Source: an uncultured Actinomycetes bacterium (lineage in GTDB: Bacteria; Actinomycetota; Thermoleophilia; Gaiellales; JALYLC01). From it: a stretch of DNA of 64,000 nt. The position numbers and the translations under genes are program-made. The stretch's first letter is position 1; each line of letters begins with the position of its first letter. The stretch covers positions 69,713 through 133,712 of the forward strand of contig CAWCFJ010000012.1 in NCBI GenBank assembly GCA_963794695.1. Reading direction: 5' to 3'. The notes beneath the pieces are model-generated. The model was not told the origin of the DNA, made no database searches, and worked only from the letters and a program-made list of their open reading frames with translations. Below are positions 21,100 to 31,130 of this stretch, piece after piece.

Positions 21100-22652
21100 C
21101 GCAGCTGCGGCGCTACCACGCGGCCGTCTGGGACGAGCCGCTGATCATGGAGATGGGCCGGCCGGGCTCGCGCGGGGTCGAGGTGCCGCCGGTCGAGGAC
21201 GGGATCGTCAGCGCCGTCGGCGACGGCGACGACCTGGTGCCCGCTCACATGCGGCGCCAGGCGGCGCCCGCGCTCCCCGAGCTGTCGGAGCCCGAGGTGC
21301 TGCGGCACTTCCTGCACCTGTCGCAGGAGACGCTCGGGATGATGGGCATCTCGCTGTTCGGCACCTGCACCATGAAGTACAACCCGCGGGTCAACGAGGC
21401 GATCGCGGCGCGCTGGATCGCCGACCTGCATCCCGCACCAGGATCCCGAGACGCTGCAGGGCCTGCTGGCGGTCGTGCACGGCTTCGAGCAGCTGCTGTG
21501 CGAGCTCTCGGGGATGGACCGGTTCGTGTTCCAGGCCGGCGGCGGCGCGGACGCCTCCTACCTGCACGCCTGCATGACCCGGGCCTACCACGCCGCGCGC
21601 GGCGAGCTGGCCCAGCGCGACGAGATCGTCACCTCGATCCAGGCCCACCCGTGCAACCCGGCGACGGCGGCGACGGCGGGCTTCAAGGTGATCACGCTGC
21701 CGCTCGAGGAGAACGGCTACCCGTCGTTCGAGGCGCTGCAGGCGGCGGTCTCGGAGCGGACCGCGTCGCTGTTCATCAACAACCCCGACGACATGGGGAT
21801 CTACAACCCCGACATCAAGCGCTGGGTCGACACGGTGCACGCCGCCGGCGGGCTGTGCGTTCTACGACCACGCGAACTTCAACGGGGTCATGTCGAAGGT
21901 GCGGGCCCGCGAGCTCGGCTTCGACGCCTGCATGTTCATGCTGCACAAGACGTTCGGCGTGCCGAAGGCCGGCGGCGGCCCGGCCGTGGGCGCGTACGGC
22001 TGCAGCGCCGAGCTGGCGCCGTTCCTGCCCGGCCCGCTGGTCACCTTCGACGGCGAGCGCTACCACCTGAGCGAGGGCGCCGAGAACGGCGTCGGGCGGG
22101 TGCGCGAGTTCCTCGGCAACGTCCCGCAGGTCGTGAAGGCCTACGCCTGGGTGCGGGCGATGGGCGCCGACGGGATCTCGCAGGCCGCCGACCTCTCGGT
22201 GCTGGCGAACAACTACATGGAGACCCGGCTGCTGAAGATCCGCGGCGTGTCGAAGTCCCACCCGCACCTGACCAAGCACCGCATGGAGATGACCCGCTAC
22301 AGCCTGGGCCAGCTGGCCCAGGACACCGGCGTCACCGCGGTCGACGTGCAGAACCGGATGGTCGACTTCGGCGTCGACGCGTTCTGGCTCAGCCACGAGC
22401 CGTGGGTCATCCCCGAGCCGTTCACGCCCGGAGGCCGGCGAGATGTGGTCGAAGGAGGACCTCGACTACTGGATCGACGTCCTCGAGCACATCTGCGAGG
22501 AGGCCTACAGCGACCCGGAGATCGTCAAGAAGGCGCCCCACAACCAGGTCGTGCACCAGCTCGACCCGGCGGGGCTCGACGATCCCGAGCGCTGGGCGAC
22601 GACGTGGCGGGCGGCGCAGCGCAAGCGGGGCGCTATGCCGGTCGGGGACTGA
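21096..22652 (+). CDS. gcvPB: glycine dehydrogenase (decarboxylating) subunit 2-like protein; 3 frame switches as read
   Basis: GTG at 21096. Contains SEPEVLRHFLHLSQETLGMMGISLFGTCTMKYNP and MFMLHKTFGVPKAGGGP (PLP-lysine motif HKTF). Segments lie in ORFs 19719..22070, 21475..22683, 21890..22660 and 22443..22652, with switches near 21434, 21859 and 22430. Confidence 0.8.
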
Positions 22653-22681
22653 GCCGCTGACAGGACGCGGCAGCAGCACGT

Positions 22682-22707
22682 AGAGTTTACGTTCGACCGT
22701 AAACTCT
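22682..22707. repeat. perfect 10-bp inverted repeat AGAGTTTACG-N6-CGTAAACTCT
   Basis: Arms at 22682-22691 and 22698-22707 with loop TTCGAC, 30 nt after the gcvPB stop. AT-rich, in contrast to the surrounding DNA. No T-tract follows. Could be a terminator hairpin or a dimeric-regulator operator. Confidence 0.6.
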
Positions 22708-23110
22708 CCGTGGTAGCGTCTCGGCTGACGTGGAACGCCGATCGGTGAGCCTCGCGCCGCCGGCCGATGGCTACTGCCCAGCTGCGCTCCGCGGCTGCAT
22801 TCCGGCAGCGCTCGTAGGCGACCCGGGATCTCGCGCTCGTCGCTGCGCTCGGGGTCGGCCCGGCAGCCGCAGCCGTGCGGCCTGGAAGGCAGCGCGCTCG
22901 ACCCGTCGCACTGACGGCGTCCGCCCTGCGCCCGCAGCGTACTCGCGAACGCCTCCGACGCATTGCGAGCGATCCTCCGCTCGGCGAGCCCGAGGAGCTG
23001 ATCGGCCCGACTCGCAACGCTGACGGCAGCAACGTGGGCTAGTTCGCGGTGGGATCGGCCGTGAACCGAAGGCCGTGTCGCCAGGGGGCACCGGTTCGAC
23101 GGCCACATGT

Positions 23111-24320
23111 TCAGCGGTCCGCCAGCGTGGTCGCGCGCTTCGTCGACGGCGGCGACGGCGCTGGAGCCCAGGTCTCGAACACGAACCAGTCGCCGTCGCG
23201 GCGCAGCCAGCCCGAGCTGAGCGCGGTCTCGAGGCGGTCCGTGGCAGCGCGCGGCTGGAACCGCACCTGGTAGTAGCGGACCTCGAGGGCTGGATCGTGT
23301 CGTGGTCGGCGGCAAGCGCAGCGTTCTCCGCCTCCGGATCAGCGCCTCGTCCGAGCCGATCGCAACACCACGGGTCGCGCCAGCTCCGCCGGCCAGAGCT
23401 GGACATCGGGGACGGACCGTCGAGCAGCCGCACGCGCCAGGTTCCGCGCTCGAGCCCGAGAACTCCTCGCCGGCGAGGAGCTCACCCGACGACAGGTGGA
23501 TGCTCGCCTCGACGGCGCGTCCGTGACCCGCATCCGACGGCTCGGTCGCGAACCGCGCGAACAGCAGCGGCCGCTGGAGCTCGTCCCGCTCGAGCTCCAG
23601 GCAAACCGCGCCTGCCGCGACGCTCACGCTCGGGCCGCCGCCGATGGGCACTGCCTGCTCGAGCGCGCCCCAGTCAGCGTCGTGCGCGTCGGCGAGGACG
23701 ACCACCCCGAGGTGGGTGTTGCAGGCGACGTCGACGTAGCTGCCGCGTCGAACTCGACGACGGGAGCGGCGGCGGGCGCCTCTCCACGCACGTGTCTGCG
23801 GGCGGCCAGCTTGCGTCCCGTCTCGCGTAGCGGCGACCAGTCATGCGCGTCGGGCTGCCAGCGCTTGTGCACCACGCGCGGCGCCTGTGGCGCTGGCCAC
23901 AGCTGGATGACGTAGGAATCGCCTCCCGGCTCGACGTCGGCGGCGCAGATCGAGGTCGCGGCCCGCGACCCGGACCCGCCAGACACCGGGCTCGCACGGA
24001 ACGCGCGGGCCGTCGTCGTAGCCCGACGAAGAGCTCGTTGCCGCGCACCTCGAGGCTGACGTCGGCGACCCGGTCGAATGCCTGTAGGTCGAGCGCCGGC
24101 TCCTGTTCGTGGAACTCGAGCCGGACCGGCAGGTGGCCCATGCCGTAGCTCGCGGTGCCGACGAACACGACGCCCGGCGCCGCCGCGACGCAGCGCGAGA
24201 GGTCGTCGTCGACTCCGCGAGGGCCTCCGGGTCGGAGTGGGACGTGTCGACGAGGTAGAACTGGAAGTGGTCGGCGTCGACGCTGTCGAGCTCGACGATG
24301 CGGACGGGCGAGGCGCCGGC
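23111..24320 (-). pseudogene. decayed hypothetical gene with two W-R-V-R ... Q-L-W-P-A modules; at least 5 frame switches
   Basis: Protein-like pieces are scattered over three minus-strand frames: IVELDSVDADHFQFYLVD, VVFVGTASYGMGHLPVRLEFHEQEP, GVWRVRVAGRDLD, DSYVIQLWPAPQAPRVVHKRW, GTWRVRLLDGPSPDVQLWPAELARPVV, VRYYQVRFQPRAATDRLETALSSGWLRRDGDWFVFETW. Ends at TGA 23111. Confidence 0.45.
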
Positions 24321-26010
24321 TAGAATCAGCTCGGATCACCGCTACGCCGCGCCTCGGTGGTACCGCGGTCGCCAGCAGGTCGCGGTCGATCGCCGCCGCG
24401 GTCTGCAGGAGCTTCGGCAGCAGCTCGTCGCCGATCGCCTCGACCGTCCAGCGGCTGGCGTGCACGGCCACGTTCATCGCCGCCACGACCTGCCCGCGGG
24501 CGTCGCGGATCGGCACCGACAGGGCGCGCAGGCCCTCCTCGAGCTCCTGGTCGACGAGCGCGTAGCCCTGGGCCCGGATCCGGTGCAGCTCGGCCAGGAG
24601 CTCCTGCGGATCGACGATCGTCTGGGGCGTGCGGCGGGTGAGCTTCTGGCCGGCCAGGAACGGCAGCAGCCACCCGTCCTCCTGGCTCGCGAGCAGCGCC
24701 CGGCCGAGCGACGTCGCCACCGCGGGGTCGCGCTCGCCCACCGAGACCGACACGCTCAGGATCCGCCGCGCCGACACGTGGGCCACGTAGACGATGTCGC
24801 CGCCGTCGAGCACCGCGAGGGTCGCGGACTCCTGGGCCTCGCCGACCAGGTCGCGCATGTGCGGCAAGGCGATCTCGGGCAGCGTCAGGCTCGACAGGTA
24901 CGGCCGGCCCAGCTCGAGCACCCGCGGGGTGAGCCGGAAGAGCCGGCCGTCGGCCCGCACGTAGCCCAGCTCCACCAGGGTGAGCAGGAAGCGGCGGGCT
25001 GCGGCCCGAGCGAGACCGGTTGCCCGGGCGACATCGCTGAGCGTGAGAGCAGGGTGCTCGGCGTCGAACGCCCGGATCACCGCCAGGCCCCGCTGCAGCG
25101 ACTGCACGAACACCGTCTCGCGCTCGTCGCCGCCGTTCCCGTTGGTCTCCTCGACCGCCGGCTCCGGTGCCGGCTCGCGGCGCTGCGCCGGGATCGCCGG
25201 GGTCACGCGGGCCGCCGCCTCGACGGCGTCCTGGTCGATCTCGGAGGCCAGCTCCTGCAGCCGCGGCAGGAGCTCGCCCCGGATCGCATCGAGCGGCCAG
25301 CGGCTCGCGTGCACCGCCACGTTCACCGCGGCCACCACCTGCCCGCTCGCGTCGCGCAGCGGCACCGCCAGGGCCCGCAGCCCCTCCTCGAGCTCCTGGT
25401 CGACGAGCGCGTAGCCCTGCTCGCGGATCCGCAGGAGCTCGTCGAGCAGCCGCTCGGGGTCGACGATCGTGTGCTCGGTGCGGTGGGCCAGCCGGTGCGC
25501 GGCCAGGAACGTGCGCAGCCACTCCTGGCTCTGGCCGGCCAGGAGCACCCGGCCGAGCGACGTCGTCACCGCGGGGTCGCGGGTGCCGACGGCCACGACC
25601 ACGGCCATGATCCGGTCGGCGGCGACGTGGGAGACGTAGACGATGTCGGTGTCGTCGAGGATCGCGAGCGACGACGACTCCCGGACGGCGTCGACGAACG
25701 CCTGCTGGCGCGGCCGGGCGATCTCGGGGAGCGTCAGGCTCGACAGGTACGGCCGGCCGAGCTCGAGCACCCGCGGGCTGAGCCGGAAGAGCCGCCCGTC
25801 GACCCGCACGTAGCCGAGCTCGACCAGCGTCAGCACGAAGCGCCGAGCGGCGGCGCGGGCCAGGTTCGTGGACTTGGCCACGTCTCCCAGCGTCAGGGCG
25901 GCGTTGTCGGCGTCGAAGGCGCGGATGACCGCGAGTCCCCGCTGCAGCGACTGCACGAAGACGGTCTCACGGTCGCCGCCCCCGGCGGTGTCGTTCGCGA
26001 TGCGTACCAT
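24320..26010 (-). CDS. tandem double IclR-family regulator (two complete PcaR/PobR-like units in one reading frame); 3' end unresolved
   Basis: ATG at 26010 inside ORF 23674..26451. Unit 1 spans 25974-25228, a 34-aa Pro/Ala/Glu linker spans 25227-25126, and unit 2 spans 25125-24379. Each unit has a wHTH (LTLGDVAKSTNLARAAARRFVLTLVELGYV / LTLSDVARATGLARAAARRFLLTLVELGYV) and an effector domain. There is no in-frame stop until 23674; out-of-frame stops lie at 24342-24344 and 24326-24328. Confidence 0.8.
24379..25974 (-). repeat. tandem coding duplication: two 747-bp IclR units separated by a 102-bp linker
   Basis: The two 249-aa units align without gaps at roughly 70% amino-acid identity by eye. 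Identical stretches include RETVFVQSLQRGLAVIRAFDA, RVLELGRPYLSSLTLPEIA and QGYALVDQELEEGLRAL. Confidence 0.85.
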
Positions 26011-26038
26011 CGGACTCGATGCGAACGATATCCGGCGG

Positions 26039-27561
26039 CTAGGCGCGACGAAAGGCCATGAGCTCCGCGGCCACCCGTTCGCCCGAGACCACCGCGCCGT
26101 CGAGGAAGCCCTGCTGCGCCGGCTGGGTGTGCTCACCGGCGAAGTGGAACGGCCCCTCGGAGACCTGCTCGTAGCCCGCGATCGTCGTGTACTGCCCGAC
26201 CCGCCAGTAGGAGTACGAGCCGAGGTGCCACGGATCCTCGGACCAGTGATCCTCGTAGGCCAGACCGCTGTAGGCCGCGGTCGTGCCCTCGAAGATCGGC
26301 TCGACCTGCCGCAGGAACCAGTCGACGTCCGGACGCCGGGGCCGGGCCGTGGGCGGCGCCGGTCAGGGTCGAGCGACCGGTGCTGCCGCCCGGGAAGCCG
26401 AGCATGATCGCCGGCGCGCCGTGCGGGCCGCGCGGCACCGAGTCGTCCCACAGCACGCAGAACCCGCTCGGATCGGTGTACGCCGAGCCCGAGAAGCCGA
26501 GCGCCGGCCAGGTCTTGCGCGCGAGCTGGACGTGGAGCTTCGCGTTCTGGCCCATCCCGAGCTCGTCGATGGCCAGCCGCTTGCGCGGCGTCAGGCCGGC
26601 CCGGGACAGGTCGACCCGGCGCAGCGTCGAGAACGGCAGCGCCAGGACGGCCCGGTCGGCGCGCACCTCACGGGTCGCGCCGTCGACCGCGAAGGTCAGG
26701 GTGCAGCCGTGCTCGGCGCGGGCCAGCGCCACGAGCTCGAAGCCCTGCTGCACGGTGCCGGGCGGGAGCTGCTCGAGCATCCCCGAGACGAGCTGGTCGT
26801 TGCCGCCGACGAGGTGCAGGCGCTCGTCGTAGCTCGCGAGGTCGCTCAGGTGGTGCGGCCCGTTGCCGGACAGCAGGTAGATCAGGTTCAGGGCCGACTG
26901 GTCGGCCGGGTCGCCGCCGAACTCCGAGACCGCGTCGGCCTGCAGCAGCCGTCCGAGCCGGCTCGACGCGCCGATGCCGGACTCCTCGAGCCAGTCGGGG
27001 ATCGAGAGCCGGTCGAGCCGCGCGGCCTCGGCGCTGAAGCGCCGGTAGGACTGCGGCCACGGCGCGGCGGCCAGGGCCGCCTGCACCGCGGGGTAGCCGG
27101 TGGCGGCCCAGTCCGCGTCCGCCTCGGTCTGGCGGTAGAGCCCGTCGAACCAGTACGCCTCGGAGCCGCGGTGACGGTCGCCGCCGCCGACGAACTCCGT
27201 CTGCAGGCCGAGCTGGCGGGCGAGCCGCCGGATCGCGACCTGGTCGCTGTTGATGAACGCGCCGCCGTGCTCGCCGACGAGCCCGTCCGCGAAGTACCCG
27301 CGCAGGCTCCAGCAGCGGCCGCCGACGTGGCTCGTGTCGGCCTCGTAGACCGTCGCCGCCACCCCGTGGCGACGCCACAGGACGTGGGCGCAGCGCAGGC
27401 CCGCGAGCCCGGCGCCGACGATCGCCACGCTCGGGGGCGTCCGCGCCGCCCGCGCCGTGCGGACGAGCGGGCCGGCGGCCACGACTGCAGCGGCCGCGCT
27501 CGCCTCGAGCAGCAGCCGGCGGCGGTCGACGACCCCTCGCTCCCGGGACGCGGCGTCTCAT
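26039..27561 (-). CDS. flavin-dependent amine oxidase with twin-arginine signal; 2 frame switches as read
   Basis: ATG at 27561. Tat-type DRRRLLLEASAAAAVVAAG, FAD motif VAIVGAGLAGLRCAHVL ... YEADTSHVGGRCWS, and C-terminus ...HFAGEHTQPAQQGFLDGAVVSGERVAAEL, ending at TAG 26039. Switches near 27520 and 26345. Confidence 0.75.
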
Positions 27562-27640
27562 CGCGCGACCGTACACCGCCGCGAACCGTTTCCGCCAGCG
27601 TTGCGAACCGGGCGCCGACACCCCCGACGAGGAGGCCCTG

Positions 27641-27961
27641 ATGACCCTGATCGCCCACGTCGTGCTCGAAGGCGTCACGCCCGAGCAGTACGACCGCGTC
27701 CGCGAGCTGTGCGGCTGGCTCGAGCGCTCGCCCGACGGCGGGCTCGCGCACCTGACCTGGTGGGAGGGCACGACCTGCCACAGCATCGACGGCTGGGAGA
27801 GCGAGCAGGCGTTCGCGGCGTTCGGCGAGACCCGCCTCGGCCCGGCGATGGCCGCGGCCGGCATCGACGTCGAGCCGCAGGTCACGTTCCACGAGGCGCA
27901 CGAGCTGTTCGTCCCGAAGGCCCTGCTGCGCACCCGCACGCCGGTGGCCGCTGTGCGCTGA
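27641..27961 (+). CDS. small hypothetical protein (ABM/Dabb-like alpha+beta fold suspected)
   Basis: Intact 106-aa ORF with a GAGGAGG RBS 7 nt upstream of the ATG and good third-position GC bias. Sequence: MTLIAHVVLEGVTPEQYDRVRELCGWLE...WESEQAFAAFGE. Divergent from the amine oxidase gene. Confidence 0.55.
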   Translation: MTLIAHVVLEGVTPEQYDRVRELCGWLERSPDGGLAHLTWWEGTTCHSIDGWESEQAFAAFGETRLGPAMAAAGIDVEPQVTFHEAHELFVPKALLRTRTPVAAVR

Positions 27962-28014
27962 GCGGACGAAGCGCCGCTTGACGAACGAGGGTCGCGTCTG
28001 ATCGAATCCACCGC

Positions 28015-28767
28015 ATGAGCTGGACGCCGCTCGACGGCCGCACGGCGCTGGTGACCGGCGGGGCCAGCGGGATCGGCCGCGAGGTCGTCCACGTCCTCTC
28101 GCGCGCGGGCGCGCGTGGAGCGATCGTCGACGTGCGGCCGCCTGCCGACCCGCTGCCCGGCGGCTGGGAGGCCCACCAGGCCGACGTCCGCGAGGACGTC
28201 GCCGTCAAGGGCGCGCTCGCCGCGGCGGCCGACTCGCTCGGCGGGCTCGACATCGTGGTCGCGGCCGCCGGCATCGTGCCGCCGTGGCGCGGCCTGACCG
28301 GCTTCGACCACGAGGAGTTCGCCAACGTCCTGCGGCTGAACGCGCTCGGGACCGCCTCGACGATCGCCCACGCGATCCCCGCCCTGCGCGACGGCGGTGC
28401 GATCGTGGCCATCGCCTCGCTGAACGCCTGGCGCGGCGACGCCAACATCCCGGCCTACGCCGCCTCGAAGCACGCCGTCCTCGGGATCGTGCGCTCGGCG
28501 GCGCTCGAGCTCGGGCCGCGCGGGATCCGGGTCAACGCCGTCGGACCCGGCCCGATCGCCACCGAGGCGCTGCTCTCGCGCATGGCCACCCGGGCGAAGG
28601 AGCAGGGCGTGCCCGTCGACGAGGCGCTGCGGCTGGCCGCCGAGGGCACCTCGCTGAAGCGGATGGCGACGGTCGAGGACGTCGCCAACACCGTCCTGTT
28701 CCTGGCCTGCGACCTCTCGAACGGGATCACCGGCCACATGATCCCCGTCGACGCCGGCATCCTGTGA
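28015..28767 (+). CDS. SDR-family oxidoreductase
   Basis: Intact 250-aa ORF. Motifs: TALVTGGASGIG, AAAG, catalytic YAASKHAV, and VNAVGPGPIAT. Confidence 0.88.
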   Translation: MSWTPLDGRTALVTGGASGIGREVVHVLSRAGARGAIVDVRPPADPLPGGWEAHQADVREDVAVKGALAAAADSLGGLDIVVAAAGIVPPWRGLTGFDHEEFANVLRLNALGTASTIAHAIPALRDGGAIVAIASLNAWRGDANIPAYAASKHAVLGIVRSAALELGPRGIRVNAVGPGPIATEALLSRMATRAKEQGVPVDEALRLAAEGTSLKRMATVEDVANTVLFLACDLSNGITGHMIPVDAGIL

Positions 28768-29529
28768 ACGACCTCACCGGCAAGACCGTCCTCCTGACGG
28801 GGGTGTCGGGCGGCATCGGCTCGGTCACCGCCCGGACCCTGGGCGAGGCCGGCGCACACCTGGTCGCGCACTACGGCACGCGCCGCGCCGAGGCCGAGGA
28901 GGCCGATCGCCGCGATCCCCGAGGAGCGCCGGCTGCTGCTGCAGGCCGACTTCGGCGAACACGGCTCGTCGCGCCGGCTGTGGCAGGAGGCGGTGGCCTG
29001 GCGCGGCTCGATCGACGTCGTCGTCATCAACGCCGCGTACCTCGCCTGGACGCTGTTCGACGGCCCCGAGGACGAGTGGGATCAGGGCTGGGAGCGGATC
29101 CTGCAGGTGAACCTGCGCGAGCCGGCCAACCTGATGCGCGAGGCGGTCGCCCACTACCGCGAGCGCGGCAGCGGCATCGTGATCACGATCGCGAGCTGGA
29201 ACGTGCACGGCGGCTCGGCGATCCCCCAGGTGCCGGCCTACGCCGCCTCGAAGGCGGGGATCCGCAACCTGACCCAGACCGTGGCCCGCAACTTCGCCCG
29301 CGACGGCGTCCTGGCCTACATCATCGCGCCGGGGCTGGTGCTCACGCCGATGGCCGAGGTCGGGGCGATCGCCCGCGGCGGCATCGACAAGGTCAACGCG
29401 GCCCTGCAGATGGGCGAGATGGTGCCGCCGCAGGAGGTGGCCGAGGTCGTCACCTGGCTGGCCACCGGAACGTGCCGCCACCTGAGCGGGGCGACGCTCG
29501 ACCTGAACGGGGCGAGCTACGTCCGCTGA
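28764..29529 (+). CDS. SDR-family oxidoreductase (paralog of 176..940); 1 frame switch as read
   Basis: The GTG at 28764 overlaps the previous stop (GTGA). GKTVLLTGVSGGIG lies in ORF 28284..29708 and the remainder in ORF 28993..29529 (YAASKAG, LSGATLDLNGASY). Switch near 28906. Confidence 0.8.
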
Positions 29530-30266
<737 letters not shown>

Positions 30267-30281
30267 CGCCGTGTGACTCAT

Positions 30282-30301
30282 CGTGATACACTGTGATCAC
30301 A
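30282..30301. promoter_or_regulatory. palindromic operator candidate upstream of the toxin-antitoxin pair
   Basis: TGTGATCACA (30292-30301) is a perfect 10-bp palindrome. A half-site-like CGTGATACA lies immediately upstream (30282-30290). The region is locally AT-rich and sits 30 nt before the RHH antitoxin start. Confidence 0.4.
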
Positions 30302-30329
30302 TGGCAGACATGCGAATCGTCCACCGCCG

Positions 30330-30741
30330 GTGATCCAGCGCTCGTTCCGCCTCTCGCCGAAGACGATCGAGCTGCTGGACCGGGAGGCCGAGAGGCCTCG
30401 CGGATATCGCGCAACGCCCTCGCCGACCGGCTGCTCGGCGAAGGCGCTCCGGGTCGAGCATCACCCGCTGATCCGGTTCAGGACGAGCGGCGACGGCGCG
30501 CCGGGTGCCGATGCTCGCCGGCAGCCGCCTCAAGGTGTACCAGGTGATCTCGACGATCAAGGACAGCGGCGGGTCCTCGACGAGGCGGCCGAATACTTCA
30601 GCCTCGCCCTGCTCCTCATCGGCGCCGCGCGTGACTACTACGCCGACTTCCGCGAGGAGGTCGACGCCGACGGGCCGAGCGCACAGGATCGAGGAGCGAG
30701 AGCGGGAGCGCTGGGAGCGGCAGCAGCGCGCCCTGTCGTGA
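30330..30741 (+). pseudogene. RHH plus DUF433-like antitoxin, decayed (about 5 frame switches)
   Basis: GTG at 30330. The pieces VIQRSFRLSPKTIELLDREAE / SRNALADRLLGEG / LRVEHHPLIRFRTSGDG / LAGSRLKVYQVISTIKDSGGS / LDEAAEYFSL...ARDYYADFREEVDA / RIEERERERWERQQRALS-TGA alternate between three frames. Confidence 0.6.
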
Positions 30742-31094
30742 GGCTGTCGCTCGACCACCACTACCCGAACGCGATCGCCGCGAGCTCCGGGCGCGCGGGC
30801 ACGACGTCGAGACGGCGGAGGAGGGCGGCTGGAACGGATGGCGGACGACGAGAGCTCTGCTCCTGGTCGCCGAGCAGAGGGCGCGCCCTGCTGACCAACG
30901 ACCTTCGACGACTACGCTCGATCCTGCGCCGGTGGGCGGCGGTCGGCGCCGCACGCCGGGCGTGATCTTCACGCCGACCTGAGCCTTCCACGCGACGCCA
31001 GGCGCGGTCGGTTCGTACGTCACCCGGCTCGACGCGCTGCTGCGCTGCGAACCCCGCCGACGACGCCTTCGCGAACCGCGTCCACTGGCTCTGA
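30738..31094 (+). pseudogene. DUF5615 (PIN-like) toxin partner, decayed (at least 4 frame switches)
   Basis: The GTG at 30738 overlaps the antitoxin stop (GTGA). The pieces VRLSLDHHYPNAIAA / LRARGHDVETAEEGGWNG / [10 protein letters not shown] / HAGVIFT / [14 protein letters not shown] / [14 protein letters not shown] (31092-31094) lie in different frames. Confidence 0.55.
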
Positions 31095-31101
31095 GGGGGT
31101 C

Positions 31102-31130
31102 TTGACTTGGCCGGACCCGTCGTCCAGTAT
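31102..31130 (+). promoter_or_regulatory. sigma-70-like promoter candidate for the amino-acid ABC / oxidase operon
   Basis: TTGACT (31102-31107), a 17-nt spacer, then CAGTAT (31125-31130), in a locally AT-richer stretch. The TTG that opens ORF 31102..32028 is the putative -35 box itself. Confidence 0.3.

Noticed and set aside
24379-25974. Tandem repeat as a possible CRISPR-like or mobile-element repeat
   Set aside because: There are only two units, each 747 bp, and both encode full IclR domains in frame. No short spacer/repeat periodicity and no terminal inverted repeats or transposase are present.
26668-28737. 689-aa minus-strand ORF
   Set aside because: It runs antisense to the SDR at 28015-28767 and the small gene at 27641-27961, and out of frame through the amine oxidase N-terminus. 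Its composition is Arg/Gly/Pro/Ala-dominated and no motifs are present.
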